64,000 nt of DNA from contig CAIZOZ010000062.1 in the NCBI GenBank assembly GCA_903934745.1, forward strand, positions 1,392-65,391. The letters run 5' to 3'. Positions 9,830 through 19,962 of the stretch are shown here, in pieces (position 1 is the stretch's first letter; every line of letters starts with the position of its first letter). Source of the DNA: an uncultured cyanobacterium. Its GTDB lineage: Bacteria; Cyanobacteriota; Cyanobacteriia; PCC-6307; Cyanobiaceae. The notes under the pieces are model-generated. The model ran no database searches and was not told the DNA's origin. It saw nothing but the letters and a program-made list of their open reading frames with translations. Made by a program: the position numbers and the translations under genes.

Positions 9830-11803
9830 TCAGGCCAGGGCCGCTCCCGGGTAGCCCCGGGGGGTCACCATTCGGCCATCTGCTACTCGGCTGCTGCTGT
9901 TGCCGATCAGTACCAGGGTGAGCATGTCCACCTGCTCGATCGGCAGATCTCCAAGGGTGTGCAGGCTCACCTGCTCATCGTGGCGGCCGAGCTGGCGGGC
10001 CAGCACCACCGGCGTGCTCGCCGGCCGTTCCGCCAGCAGCAGCTCCTGGGCTCGCCCCAGCTGCCAGTTCCGTCCCAGGGAGCGGGGGTTGTAGAGGGCG
10101 ACGACGAAATCCCCCTCAGCGGCAGCGCGTAGGCGCCGTTCAATCACCTCCCAGGGGGTGAGCCGATCGCTGAGGCTGATCGTGCAGAAGTCGTGCATCA
10201 GTGGCGCGCCGGCGCGGGCGGCGGCCAGCTGCAGGGCCGACAGGCCGGGATGGACCTCAAAGCCAGGGCGTTCCAGGGCGGGGCGTTCCAGCCAGAGTTC
10301 CAGGGCCAGCCCGGCCATGCCATAAATGCCGCTATCCCCCGAGGAGATCAGGGCCACCTTCAGACCCTGGCTGGCGAGGTCGAGGGCCTCAAGGCAGCGG
10401 GCCCTTTCCTCGGTGAGTTTGCCGTCGCGGCGCAGCTGGTCCGGCCGGCGCAGGGGTTCGAGCAGGTCGAGATAGGGGCCGTAGCCCACCCACACCGTGG
10501 CGGCGGCGAGGGTGCGACGGGCGTCGCCGCTGAGCAGATCGAGCCGGCCCGGACCGCTGCCGACCAGATGCAGTTCGCCCCGCTGCGGCGCCCATTGGCG
10601 CGGCGCCAGAACCACCGCCAGGGTGGCTGCCCCCTGTTCGCCGGCTTCGGCGTGCTCGATGGTTTTGGCGACGAGCTGGTCGGGCTGGGGGCCATCGGTT
10701 GGGGTTGCGACCGAGGCCGCCAGCCAGGCGGCGGCCTCAGCCACGCTCGCGGTGCCCATTTCCCTGGCCACAGCCTCGGAGGGATTGGGCACCACGACCG
10801 GTGCCAGTTGGGCGGCCGTGAACAGCTTCAGCGGCCAGCCCCGCGCCGCGGCCAGCGCCAGCAGCGCCGGCTCATCGCCTTTGCGATCGATGCTGGCGAG
10901 GCCCGCCACCGCCGTCTCGGCCAGGCCGGATTGGCTGAGAACCCTTTGCACTAGCCGTTCCAGCACCGTCAGGCTGGTGTCGCGCTCGCAGCCCATCCCC
11001 AGCCACAGGCAGGGCGGATGCCAGCGGCAGCCTTCTCCCAGCCAGGGGCCGATCACCAGCGCCATGGGCGCCGGCGGCTCTGTCGGGTTGGGATGTTCTG
11101 GGTTGCAGGCTGGTGGATCGGTGTCTGGCGAATCAAGGGCTTCTGGGCTGTCCTTGGCTGAATCGCCGTTGACGTGATCACGCTGGATTGGCTTGCCGTT
11201 GATGGTGAGGTCATGGATTGGAGCGCTGCTCTGCGGGCTCGGATCGCTGACGCCGACCACTGCTGCAGCGGCCTCGAGCTCTTGCCAGAGCCTGAGGCCG
11301 CTCTGTTGTTGCAGCTCCGGCTGAAGGTCCGCGGCGACGGCCACCATCAGGGCATTCCAGTCGCCGCCGCCCCGCCGCCAGCCCCAATCCAGGCCGAAGG
11401 CATCGAGGGCGAGCCGGCCCAGAGCGCTGCTGCTGCCGCTGAGCACGGCCTGTCCACCGAGCAGGGCGGCGATCTCCCGGCTCAGCTGTTCAGCCCCGGC
11501 CAGGTGTCCCCCCAGCAGCGGTACCGCGAACTGCCCCAGGGGATCCACCACCACCACGGCTGGATCCTGCTCTTTGCCACCCAGCAGGGGAGCGATCAGC
11601 CGGGTGACCAGGCCACAGGCCCCCACCGCCACCACCGCGGAGGCGCTGCTCCATTGCTGAGCCAGCCAGGTTGCGGTTCCTGAGCTGCCGCTGCGGGGCC
11701 AGCGCACGGCGGCCAGCAGCCCGGCTTGCTCCAGTTGGTGCAGCACTGGCAGGGCTGCCGGGCTGAAGCCGACGGCCACGATCCGGCGTTCGGTGGAAGT
11801 CAT
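9830..11803 (-). CDS. cobJ: bifunctional CbiG-like cobalt-precorrin-5A hydrolase / precorrin-3B C17-methyltransferase
   Basis: - 657 aa.
- The C-terminal tetrapyrrole methylase has GSGPG and SSGDSGIYGMAG motifs.
- The N-terminal CbiG halves are split by a low-complexity, lower-GC linker.
- ATGA overlap with the upstream gene. Confidence 0.85.
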   Translation of the reverse strand: MTSTERRIVAVGFSPAALPVLHQLEQAGLLAAVRWPRSGSSGTATWLAQQWSSASAVVAVGACGLVTRLIAPLLGGKEQDPAVVVVDPLGQFAVPLLGGHLAGAEQLSREIAALLGGQAVLSGSSSALGRLALDAFGLDWGWRRGGGDWNALMVAVAADLQPELQQQSGLRLWQELEAAAAVVGVSDPSPQSSAPIHDLTINGKPIQRDHVNGDSAKDSPEALDSPDTDPPACNPEHPNPTEPPAPMALVIGPWLGEGCRWHPPCLWLGMGCERDTSLTVLERLVQRVLSQSGLAETAVAGLASIDRKGDEPALLALAAARGWPLKLFTAAQLAPVVVPNPSEAVAREMGTASVAEAAAWLAASVATPTDGPQPDQLVAKTIEHAEAGEQGAATLAVVLAPRQWAPQRGELHLVGSGPGRLDLLSGDARRTLAAATVWVGYGPYLDLLEPLRRPDQLRRDGKLTEERARCLEALDLASQGLKVALISSGDSGIYGMAGLALELWLERPALERPGFEVHPGLSALQLAAARAGAPLMHDFCTISLSDRLTPWEVIERRLRAAAEGDFVVALYNPRSLGRNWQLGRAQELLLAERPASTPVVLARQLGRHDEQVSLHTLGDLPIEQVDMLTLVLIGNSSSRVADGRMVTPRGYPGAALA

Positions 11804-13494
11804 GGCAGCAGTCGCTCCCGCAATCCGGCCAGTGGACCACGGCGAGGGGGCGTGATCATCGTGGCGTCGGCTTGCAGCTGTTCCTGGGCCGAGCTGCCGA
11901 TGGCGCTGCTGGGGCTGGGCCGCTGGCTGGCGGGGGGGATGGCCTCAACCATCAAAGGTGGCGCCGGTGTGGCCCCAGGCTGACGTGAGGGTTTAGCGGC
12001 AACGGGCTGCTCCGCGAGTGGCTGTGCTTTGAACGCTTCCGGCGCAGGTAGCGATGCCGAAAGGGCGTTGGACTCTGCATCCGGGTCGGCGGTGGCGCTG
12101 TCTTGCTCCGGTCTGGGCACGCTTCGGCTTGGCGCCTCTGGGTCGGCGGCTGCCATGGCTGGCTGGTCGGCCATGGAGGGCGGTGGCGCTTGGAGCGGTG
12201 CGGCCCGCTGGGTCATCGGCTTTGCTGGGACCGCTGGGGTTCCCGTCCCATCCTCTGGCTGAGGGGATTCCAGTGGTGTCGCCTTGGGTGTTTCCTTGCC
12301 CGTGGGCAAGGCGGCTGGGGTGGCTTCATCGGTTGGTGGTGGCTCCGGGGCCGGGTTGGGTTCGGTCCCCTGCGTTGGCGGCGTCCGTGTTGGCTCCCAG
12401 GCCGCTGTTGCGGCAGCGCCCGCCAGTGCTTCTGTGTCAGGTGTGGACCCTTCGGCCAGGTTCGAGCTCTGGGGCTCGCTGCTGACAGGGGGCTGCGGGC
12501 TGATCTGAAGTTCCGCAGCGGATGCGGTGGTGGCTGGTGCCGCTTCGCCCAGCAGGATCGCCAGCTCACCGGCGCTGAGGCGGCCCTGCTGCCAGCGGGG
12601 CGCTGGGCTGGCGCTGTCCAGCTCCACCTCGCGCACCAGACTGTTGTATGGGGGGGTGAGTGGTTCCCCCCGGCCATCCAGCAGCTCGAACTTGATCGCA
12701 TTGCGGCCGGGCTGCCAGCCGTTCAGCCAGAGCGGGGTCTGGCGATCGATCACGAAGGCCGCACCATTGATGGTCAGCCGGAGCCGCCAGCGGGCATCGT
12801 CGCTGCGCAGGTTCTGCAGGGGAGCATCGAGCAGCAGCCAATCGACCAGCAAGGGTTCGACCGCCGCTGGGGCCGCGGGACTGACGGCGATCAGCTGGGC
12901 CTGACCTGGTTCCGGCAGCGCCAGGGGATTGGCGGCTGTCCGATGCAGGCGGATCTGGCGCCAGGCTCCCGGATTTTTGGCGGCCTCCCCCCAGGGGCGG
13001 GCGGCAAAAACGGTGAGTCGATGGCTGCCGGGGGCCAGGGCCGGCATGGTGAGCTCGGTGTTGGTCAGTCGCCGGGGTTCGTCGTCATCGAGTTGAACCA
13101 CCAGATGGGCACCGAGGCCCAGTTGCCCCCCATCCACCAAGGGCCAGTCGTGCACACGCAGCTTCAGGGTCCAGGGACCGGGGGGCAGGAGCGTTTCAGC
13201 GGCGGGCGCCAGGATCTCAATTCGCGGCTGTCGCGCCGCCAGGGCCTCCTGCAGCTGTTGAACAGCCAGTGGTGGCGCAACTTCCTGCAGGGTGGAAGCG
13301 ACGGAGGTCACCAGGGGGTTGGCTGGGCCCATGGTTTGGCGTGCATTGCGGCCAGGCAGACCCAGGGCTTCGCTGCTGCCGACACTGCCCGGTAACACCA
13401 GCAGGCCCAGCGCCAGGAGCAGGCACAACAGGTGTCCAAGCCAGTGGCGCAGCACAGCAAGCGGTTGGACTTGAGGCTCCCTGCTGCCGATCAC
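11800..13494 (-). CDS. hypothetical exported protein with Pro/Ala/Glu-rich disordered C-terminal half
   Basis: - GTG start with an N-terminal hydrophobic signal/anchor (LLCLLLALGLLVLPGSVG).
- Two beta-sandwich-like repeats, then about 240 aa of low complexity.
- Its stop overlaps the cobJ start (ATGA at 11800-11803). Confidence 0.6.
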   Translation of the reverse strand: MIGSREPQVQPLAVLRHWLGHLLCLLLALGLLVLPGSVGSSEALGLPGRNARQTMGPANPLVTSVASTLQEVAPPLAVQQLQEALAARQPRIEILAPAAETLLPPGPWTLKLRVHDWPLVDGGQLGLGAHLVVQLDDDEPRRLTNTELTMPALAPGSHRLTVFAARPWGEAAKNPGAWRQIRLHRTAANPLALPEPGQAQLIAVSPAAPAAVEPLLVDWLLLDAPLQNLRSDDARWRLRLTINGAAFVIDRQTPLWLNGWQPGRNAIKFELLDGRGEPLTPPYNSLVREVELDSASPAPRWQQGRLSAGELAILLGEAAPATTASAAELQISPQPPVSSEPQSSNLAEGSTPDTEALAGAAATAAWEPTRTPPTQGTEPNPAPEPPPTDEATPAALPTGKETPKATPLESPQPEDGTGTPAVPAKPMTQRAAPLQAPPPSMADQPAMAAADPEAPSRSVPRPEQDSATADPDAESNALSASLPAPEAFKAQPLAEQPVAAKPSRQPGATPAPPLMVEAIPPASQRPSPSSAIGSSAQEQLQADATMITPPRRGPLAGLRERLLP

Positions 13495-13666
13495 GCCACT
13501 CCAGTCCCAATGGTGCAGCCATTCTGCGCAGGCAGGGTGACAAGACGGTGACAGTTGGCAACCCGTCGAAATCCGCAGCTGAAAGGTTAAAGAACTGCCG
13601 ATTTTTGCGTCGTCTGTGATGATCTCAAGCCTGGGTCAGACCTGAGTCACAGTCTGCTGTGCGCCG

Positions 13667-13720
13667 GGATTGAACCTTTGTAACTGGCGACCTAATTCGC
13701 TTGTTTTCGACCCCTATAGT
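13667..13720 (+). promoter_or_regulatory. candidate psaAB promoter: TATAGT -10 box (13715-13720) with an upstream HLR1-like half-site pair (13667-13684)
   Basis: - TATAGT lies about 220 nt upstream of the psaA ATG.
- On the minus strand, GTTACAAA-GG-TTCAATCC resembles the RpaB HLR1 direct repeat. The first half is perfect and the second is poor. Confidence 0.3.
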
Positions 13721-13942
13721 TCCGCCAGCGGTCCCCTTTCGGGGCCCAACGCCCCAGTCCTGGCAAGGGCTTTCGCCCAAGTCTCGCTGGAGCCCGTGGT
13801 CCCGGGTCGGTCCTCCCGACTGGCCTGGCCATGGGGCCCATGGCGGTATCGACTTCTCCCTCCTGCTTCGGCGGGTGGCGAGCCTCGGTACTGCCGAAGG
13901 GGTGGACCTCCACCTCGATTCCGTCCCTCGAGGAACCTCTCG

Positions 13943-16246
13943 ATGACCATCAGCCCACCAGAGCGTGGGAAAAAGGCCAAGGATCTGGTCGACCGGAACC
14001 CCGTTCCGGCCACGTTCGAGCTTTTTGCAAAGCCCGGCCACTTCGACCGCACCCTGGCCAAAGGTCCCAAAACCACCACCTGGGTTTGGAACCTCCACGC
14101 CAACGCTCACGATTTCGATAGCCACACGAGTGACCTCGAAGAGGTCTCTCGCAAGATCTTCTCGGCTCACTTCGGCCATTTGGCCGTCATTTTCGTCTGG
14201 CTCAGCGGCGCCTTCTTCCATGGAGCCCGCTTCTCCAACTTCACTGGTTGGTTGGCCGATCCCCTGCACGTGAAGCCTTCCGCGCAGGTTGTCTGGCCAA
14301 TTTTTGGCCAGGAAATCCTTAATGGCGATATGGGTGCCGGCTTCCACGGCATTCAGATCACCTCCGGCCTCTTCCATGTCTGGAGGGCCTGGGGCATCAC
14401 TAATGAAACGCAGTTGATGGCTTTGGCTATCGGTGCTTTGGTGATGGCCGGCCTGATGCTCAATGCAGGCGTCTTCCATTACCACAAAGCAGCACCCAAG
14501 CTGGAGTGGTTCCAGAACGTTGAGTCGATGCTCAACCACCATCTGGCCGGTCTGCTGGGTCTGGGTTCTCTGTCCTGGACAGGTCACCTTCTGCATGTGT
14601 CCCTGCCCACCACCCAGTTGATGGATGCCATCGACGCCGGCAAGCCGCTGGTGCTCAACGGCAAGACCATCGCTTCGGTGGCGGACATCCCCCTGCCCCA
14701 CGAGTTCCTCAACCAGGATCTGCTGGCCCAGCTGTACCCCGGTTTCGGCGCTGGCATCTCCGCGTTCTTCACCGGCAACTGGGCGGCCTACAGCGATTTC
14801 CTCACCTTCAAGGGTGGGCTGAATCCTGTCACCGGCAGCCTCTGGATGACGGACATCGCCCATCACCATCTGGCGATTGCGGTGCTGTTCATCGTGGCCG
14901 GTCACATGTACCGAACCAACTGGGGTATCGGCCACAGCATCAAGGAGATTCTTGAGGGCCAGAAGGGCGATCCCCTGCTGTTCCCAGCTCCCAAAGGTCA
15001 TGACGGACTCTTCGAGTTCATGACCAACTCGTGGCACGCCCAATTGGCCGTGAACCTGGCCATGCTTGGTTCGCTGACGATCATCGTGGCTCACCACATG
15101 TATGCGATGCCGCCGTATCCCTACATCGGCATTGACTATGCAACCCAGCTGTCGTTGTTCACCCACCACACCTGGATCGGTGGCTTCCTGATCGTTGGTG
15201 CCGGCGCCCACGCCGCCATCGCGATGATCCGCGACTATGACCCCGCCAAACACGTCGATAACGTGCTGGATCGGGTGCTCAAAGCTCGCGATGCCCTGAT
15301 CAGCCACCTCAACTGGGTGTGCATCTGGCTGGGCTTCCACAGCTTCGGTCTTTACATCCACAACGACACGATGCGTGCCCTGGGCCGTCCCCAGGACATG
15401 TTCAGTGACTCCGCGATCCAGTTGAAGCCCATCTTCGCTCAATGGATCCAGGGTCTGCACGCCGCTGCCGCTGGCACCACCGCTCCCAACGCCCTTGCCG
15501 GTGTGAGTGAGGTGTTCAACGGTGCTGTCGTTGCCATTGGTGGCAAGGTGGCCGCCGGTCCGATCCCGCTGGGAACGGCCGACTTCATGGTCCACCACAT
15601 CCACGCCTTCACGATCCACGTCACCGTGTTGATCCTCCTGAAGGGCGTTCTCTATAGCCGCAGCTCCCGCCTCGTTCCTGACAAGGCGAATCTGGGCTTC
15701 CGCTTCCCCTGCGACGGCCCCGGCCGTGGCGGTACCTGTCAGGTGTCGGCCTGGGACCACGTGTTCCTCGGCCTGTTCTGGATGTACAACTCCCTGTCGA
15801 TCGTCATCTTCCACTTCAGCTGGAAAATGCAGAGCGACGTGTGGGGCACCGTCAATGCCGACGGCACCGTCCAGCACATCACCAATGGCAACTTTGCGCA
15901 GAGCGCCATCACCATCAATGGCTGGCTGCGTGACTTCCTCTGGGCTCAGGCCGCACAAGTGATCAACAGCTACGGCTCGAGCTCCAGTGCGTACGGTCTG
16001 ATGTTCCTGGGTGCCCACTTTGTCTGGGCCTTCAGCCTCATGTTCCTCTTCAGTGGCCGCGGCTACTGGCAGGAACTGATCGAGTCCATCGTCTGGGCTC
16101 ACAACAAGCTGAAGGTTGCTCCCGCCATCCAACCGCGGGCGCTTTCCATCACCCAGGGCCGTGCCGTCGGTGTCGCTCACTATCTGCTGGGCGGTATCGC
16201 AACGACCTGGTCCTTCTTCCTGGCCCGCATGATTGCGGTCGGCTGA
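13943..16246 (+). CDS. psaA: photosystem I P700 apoprotein A1
   Basis: 767 aa starting [26 protein letters not shown], with the [12 protein letters not shown] Fx-cluster loop. Start at ATG 13943; the track ORF start at 13670 is an upstream extension. Confidence 0.98.
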   Translation: MTISPPERGKKAKDLVDRNPVPATFELFAKPGHFDRTLAKGPKTTTWVWNLHANAHDFDSHTSDLEEVSRKIFSAHFGHLAVIFVWLSGAFFHGARFSNFTGWLADPLHVKPSAQVVWPIFGQEILNGDMGAGFHGIQITSGLFHVWRAWGITNETQLMALAIGALVMAGLMLNAGVFHYHKAAPKLEWFQNVESMLNHHLAGLLGLGSLSWTGHLLHVSLPTTQLMDAIDAGKPLVLNGKTIASVADIPLPHEFLNQDLLAQLYPGFGAGISAFFTGNWAAYSDFLTFKGGLNPVTGSLWMTDIAHHHLAIAVLFIVAGHMYRTNWGIGHSIKEILEGQKGDPLLFPAPKGHDGLFEFMTNSWHAQLAVNLAMLGSLTIIVAHHMYAMPPYPYIGIDYATQLSLFTHHTWIGGFLIVGAGAHAAIAMIRDYDPAKHVDNVLDRVLKARDALISHLNWVCIWLGFHSFGLYIHNDTMRALGRPQDMFSDSAIQLKPIFAQWIQGLHAAAAGTTAPNALAGVSEVFNGAVVAIGGKVAAGPIPLGTADFMVHHIHAFTIHVTVLILLKGVLYSRSSRLVPDKANLGFRFPCDGPGRGGTCQVSAWDHVFLGLFWMYNSLSIVIFHFSWKMQSDVWGTVNADGTVQHITNGNFAQSAITINGWLRDFLWAQAAQVINSYGSSSSAYGLMFLGAHFVWAFSLMFLFSGRGYWQELIESIVWAHNKLKVAPAIQPRALSITQGRAVGVAHYLLGGIATTWSFFLARMIAVG

Positions 16247-16266
16247 CCTCCACCTGACCTTTCCCA

Positions 16267-18492
16267 ATGGCAACGAAATTTCCTTCGTTCAGCCAGGGTC
16301 TGGCACAGGACCCGACAACCCGCCGTATTTGGTACGGCATCGCCACGGCTCACGACTTCGAGAGCCATGACGGAATGACGGAGGAGCGGCTTTACCAAAA
16401 GCTGTTCTCCACCCACTTCGGTCATCTGGCGATCATCGGCCTCTGGGTTTCGGGTAACCTGTTCCATATCGCCTGGCAGGGCAACTTCGAGCAGTGGGTC
16501 GCCGATCCCCTGCATGTTCGTCCCATCGCTCACGCGATCTGGGATCCCCACTTCGGCCAGGGCGCCATCACCGCCTTCACCCAGGCGGGCGCTTCCTCTC
16601 CGGTGAACATCGCTTATTCCGGTCTGTACCACTGGTGGTACACGATCGGCATGACGACCAATGCCGAGCTGTACCAGGGTTCCATCTTCATGATGATCCT
16701 GTCGGCCTGGGCTCTGTTTGCCGGTTGGCTCCACCTTCAGCCCAAGTTCCTGCCTTCCCTGGCCTGGTTCAAGAACGCTGAATCCCGCCTCAATCACCAC
16801 CTCGCCGTTCTGTTCGGCTTCAGCTCCATCGCCTGGACCGGTCACCTGGTCCACGTGGCGATTCCTGAATCCCGTGGTGTGCATGTCGGTTGGGACAACT
16901 TCCTCTCGGTGTCTCCTCACCCTGCAGGTCTGGCTCCCTTCTTCACCGGCAACTGGGGCGTCTACGCCCAGAATCCCGATACGGCCAGTCAGCTATTCGG
17001 CACCACCACCGGTTCCGGCACCGCGATCCTGACCTTCCTCGGTGGTTTCCACCCCCAGACCGAAGCGCTCTGGCTCACGGACATTGCCCATCACCACCTG
17101 GCGATTGGTTGTCTGTTTGTGATCGCTGGTCACATGTACCGGACCAACTTCGGTATCGGTCACTCGATCCGCGAGATCCTCGAAGCCCACAACCCACCCA
17201 AGGGCACTCCTTTCGGAGGCGCTCTCGGCGCTGGCCACAAGGGCCTCTACGACACCATCAACAACTCCCTGCACTTCCAGCTGGGTCTTGCTTTGGCGAG
17301 TCTGGGTGTGGTGACGAGCTTGGTGGCTCAGCACATGTATGCGATGCCGTCCTATGCGTTCATCGCTAAGGACTACACAACGCAGGCTGCGCTGTATACC
17401 CACCACCAGTACATCGCCATCTTCTTGATGTGCGGTGCCTTCGCCCACGGTGCGATCTTCTTCATCCGCGACTACGACCCCGAGGCCAACAAGGACAACG
17501 TCCTGGCCCGGATGCTTGATCACAAGGAAGCCATCATCAGCCATCTCAGCTGGGTTTCCCTGTTCCTCGGCTTCCATACTCTGGGTCTGTATGTCCACAA
17601 CGACGTTGTCGTTGCTTTCGGAACGCCTGAGAAGCAGATTCTGGTGGAGCCGGTGTTCGCCCAGTTCGTTCAGGCCGCCAGTGGCAAGGCCCTGTACGGC
17701 ATGGATGTCTTCCTCTCCAACCCCAACAGCCTGGTCAGCAATGCCCCTGGCCCCGGCGCCGTCTGGCTTCCCGGTTGGTTGGATTCGCTCAATGCCGGCA
17801 ACAACTCCCTGTTCCTCCAGATCGGTCCTGGTGACTTCCTGGTGCACCACGCCATCGCGCTTGGTCTCCACACCACCACCTTGATCCTGGTGAAGGGTGC
17901 TCTTGATGCCCGCGGTTCGAAGCTGATGCCCGATAAAAAGGACTTTGGCTATTCGTTCCCGTGCGACGGCCCCGGCCGTGGCGGCACCTGCGATATCTCT
18001 GCCTGGGATTCCTTCTATCTGGCTCTCTTCTGGGCGCTCAATACGGTGGCCTGGGTCACCTTCTATTGGCACTGGAAGCACCTGGCGATCTGGCAGGGCA
18101 ACGTGGCTCAGTTCAACGAATCCAGCACCTATCTGATGGGCTGGTTCCGCGACTACCTCTGGCTGAACAGCTCCCAGCTGATCAACGGCTACAACCCGTT
18201 CGGTACGAACAACCTGGCCGTCTGGTCCTGGATGTTCCTATTTGGTCACCTGGTCTGGGCGACTGGCTTCATGTTCCTGATCTCCTGGCGGGGTTACTGG
18301 CAGGAGTTGATCGAGACCATCGTCTGGGCTCACCAGCGCACGCCGCTGGCCAACCTGGTCGGCTGGCGCGACAAGCCCGTTGCGCTCTCGATTGTTCAGG
18401 CCCGTGTGGTCGGTCTGGCTCACTTCACTGTGGGCTTCATCCTCACCTACGCTGCCTTCTTGATCGCCTCCACCTCTGGAAAGTTCGGCTGA
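16267..18492 (+). CDS. psaB: photosystem I P700 apoprotein A2
   Basis: 741 aa starting [24 protein letters not shown], with the [18 protein letters not shown] loop. It begins 20 nt after psaA. Confidence 0.98.
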   Translation: MATKFPSFSQGLAQDPTTRRIWYGIATAHDFESHDGMTEERLYQKLFSTHFGHLAIIGLWVSGNLFHIAWQGNFEQWVADPLHVRPIAHAIWDPHFGQGAITAFTQAGASSPVNIAYSGLYHWWYTIGMTTNAELYQGSIFMMILSAWALFAGWLHLQPKFLPSLAWFKNAESRLNHHLAVLFGFSSIAWTGHLVHVAIPESRGVHVGWDNFLSVSPHPAGLAPFFTGNWGVYAQNPDTASQLFGTTTGSGTAILTFLGGFHPQTEALWLTDIAHHHLAIGCLFVIAGHMYRTNFGIGHSIREILEAHNPPKGTPFGGALGAGHKGLYDTINNSLHFQLGLALASLGVVTSLVAQHMYAMPSYAFIAKDYTTQAALYTHHQYIAIFLMCGAFAHGAIFFIRDYDPEANKDNVLARMLDHKEAIISHLSWVSLFLGFHTLGLYVHNDVVVAFGTPEKQILVEPVFAQFVQAASGKALYGMDVFLSNPNSLVSNAPGPGAVWLPGWLDSLNAGNNSLFLQIGPGDFLVHHAIALGLHTTTLILVKGALDARGSKLMPDKKDFGYSFPCDGPGRGGTCDISAWDSFYLALFWALNTVAWVTFYWHWKHLAIWQGNVAQFNESSTYLMGWFRDYLWLNSSQLINGYNPFGTNNLAVWSWMFLFGHLVWATGFMFLISWRGYWQELIETIVWAHQRTPLANLVGWRDKPVALSIVQARVVGLAHFTVGFILTYAAFLIASTSGKFG

Positions 18493-18529
18493 TCCTCAGT
18501 TCTTGCTTGTCCTCTCGAGGGACGTTTCA

Positions 18530-18557
18530 ACCCCCGGCATCTGCCGGGGGTTTTTTA
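18530..18557 (+). terminator. rho-independent terminator of psaAB
   Basis: CCCCCGGCA-tc-TGCCGGGGG followed by TTTTTTA, 38 nt after the psaB stop. Confidence 0.85.
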
Positions 18558-18639
18558 TGCGCTGATGGAACGGAGTGGATAGGTCCGTGAGTCACCCCTT
18601 TCGTTGTGGTTTCGGCTGGATGTCAACCGACCACAAGGC

Positions 18640-18684
18640 CACGGACTAACAGGTCACGGACTAACAGGCCACTGATTAACAGGC
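18640..18684. repeat. 3 x 15-bp tandem direct repeat
   Basis: CACGGACTAACAGGT / CACGGACTAACAGGC / CACTGATTAACAGGC, read directly. Confidence 0.9.
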
Positions 18685-18756
18685 CTGGGCCAGAACGGCC
18701 TCCCGCGCCAGCGGCGACTCCGCTGGAGACCAGTCCCATGGACTATGGATTGATCA

Positions 18757-18897
18757 ATGGAGGCCCCAGTGAAGATCGCGCTGCTGTTGGATCTGATTCG
18801 CTGGCACAACAAGCGAATCGATCGGGGTGGCAATCTGTGTAGGAGCAATGTGCTGGAGAGTTTTGTTGTGGGAGGCCCTCGCCATTCCTCGTCGTGA
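18757..18897 (+). CDS. candidate untracked small ORF (46 aa)
   Basis: Hand translation gives MEAPVKIALLLDLIRWHNKRIDRGGNLCRSNVLESFVVGGPRHSSS*. About two thirds of third positions are G/C. No clear SD and no homolog recognised. Confidence 0.2.
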   Translation: MEAPVKIALLLDLIRWHNKRIDRGGNLCRSNVLESFVVGGPRHSSS

Positions 18898-19232
18898 CTG
18901 CAACTCTGCTGGGTCGCCAACCTGTTGGGGTCACTTACTCTTTGTTTCACTCGCAGTTTCCTCGCCCTTTCTCACTGCTGCGGGCGTCTGCAGTAGCGAG
19001 AAGTTCAGCCAGTCGTGTGGGCATGGCTTCTGTTTGGCCTGTGCCTCTTCGGGTTGTCCTATGGCGTTGGCGGCAGAACTCGCCACGGTGACGCCACGGG
19101 GGACTTAGTGCTGGGACGAGGCCTTTCAGGTTGCCGTTTCTCTGCTGGGTTCTCTGGGCAGTGTGGCCTGGAGCAGCCCCTTGAGCTGGATGGCTTGCTC
19201 ACAGCCCAGGGTCATCGCAATTCTGGGCCATC

Positions 19233-19256
19233 AAAAAAGCCCCACTTGCGTGGGGC
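19233..19256 (-). terminator. rho-independent terminator of psaL
   Basis: The minus strand reads GCCCCAC-GCAA-GTGGGGC-TTTTTT, 43 nt downstream of the psaL stop. Confidence 0.8.
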
Positions 19257-19298
19257 GGTTGTGCTCTTGGTCTGATGTTCTGATTCAGAGCGAAGTGT

Positions 19299-19790
19299 TC
19301 AGTTGACGCTCCAGACACCACCGGCGATATTCACGAGTGGTGCAACCAGGGCGGTGCTGCACAGGAACCAGGCGAAGGCGGCACCACCGCAGCCTCCGAG
19401 CCAGAAGCCACTGGCGAATTCAGCCCAGCCGGCTTTGGTGAACAGGTCGGCGGGGGGATTGTCGATGGTGACGTCCGGGGGCTGGACGTTGGGGCCATTG
19501 CCGGCCGTGCCATAGATCGACAGGCACACCGTGAGGATGGACACCAGACCGATCGTGGCCAACAGGCCGGCGGTGCTGGAGTATTCCGTGGCCCGCAATG
19601 GCCCGGTGATGGCGAAGGGGCCGTAGAGGAAGAAGCCATGGGCCATGCCCACTTCCAGTCCCCGACGGTTGGGTGAGAGGGACGGCCGGTAGGCGGGCAG
19701 AGCGTTCAGGAACGCCCGGGTGAAATAGCTGCTGTTGACGGGGGTCGCCAGGTTGCCGACGCAGGGATCGGCCACGGGGGTGACGGTCAT
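19299..19790 (-). CDS. psaL: photosystem I reaction centre subunit XI
   Basis: 163 aa containing [27 protein letters not shown] and a GGxWSVN-type end. This is characteristic PsaL. Confidence 0.93.
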   Translation of the reverse strand: MTVTPVADPCVGNLATPVNSSYFTRAFLNALPAYRPSLSPNRRGLEVGMAHGFFLYGPFAITGPLRATEYSSTAGLLATIGLVSILTVCLSIYGTAGNGPNVQPPDVTIDNPPADLFTKAGWAEFASGFWLGGCGGAAFAWFLCSTALVAPLVNIAGGVWSVN

Positions 19791-19845
19791 GGGGCGCTCT
19801 TGGGCTCGGTAGGGGGCTCGGTGAGGGGTCGGGGCAACGGACGGA

Positions 19846-19962
19846 TCAGTCGCGCGCTTCGATCACGTTGAACAGCAGGGCCATGGCAACGGCAGGGCCG
19901 AGGATCCCCACCAGGGGAACCAGCATGGATGGGAGCCAGGCGGCCGCAAATTCTCCAGTCAT
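19846..19962 (-). CDS. psaI: photosystem I subunit VIII
   Basis: - Not in the ORF track (38 aa).
- Hand translation gives [38 protein letters not shown], a single TM helix.
- It sits immediately upstream of psaL, the conserved psaI-psaL arrangement. Confidence 0.85.
   Translation of the reverse strand: MTGEFAAAWLPSMLVPLVGILGPAVAMALLFNVIEARD

Noticed and set aside
13670-13942. In-frame N-terminal extensions of track ORFs: psaA from 13670, gltB from 3387, lipA to 9648, rplM to 29845, rpsM, rpsE, rpsH, rpsQ, rpsC, curT-like to 60351, and recA from 16 (51416).
   Set aside because: The conserved protein N-termini begin at internal ATG or GTG codons that match the family starts. The upstream parts are unconserved-looking and Arg/Pro-rich.
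13625-16273. An 882-aa ORF antisense to psaA. Similar very long antisense ORFs include 2883-5309, 5340-6515 and 6672-8039 versus gltB; 16993-18081 versus psaB; 20579-21850; 24917-26395; 48525-49649; 55274-56710; 56343-57863; 58453-59646; and 60222-61862.
   Set aside because: - These are shadow ORFs. In high-GC3 genes the sense codons TTA, CTA and TCA are rare, so the complementary frame lacks stops.
- The translations are Arg/Gly/Ala/Pro-rich low complexity with no recognisable motifs.
- Each overlaps a confidently identified gene.
18668-18732. GCCACTG followed about 50 nt later by GGAGACC, reminiscent of cobalamin-riboswitch core or B12-box words.
   Set aside because: - The other conserved riboswitch elements (GGGAA, GGTG.AA.TCC, and so on) are missing upstream.
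- GCCACTG is simply part of the third 15-bp tandem repeat.
- No B12-related gene follows.
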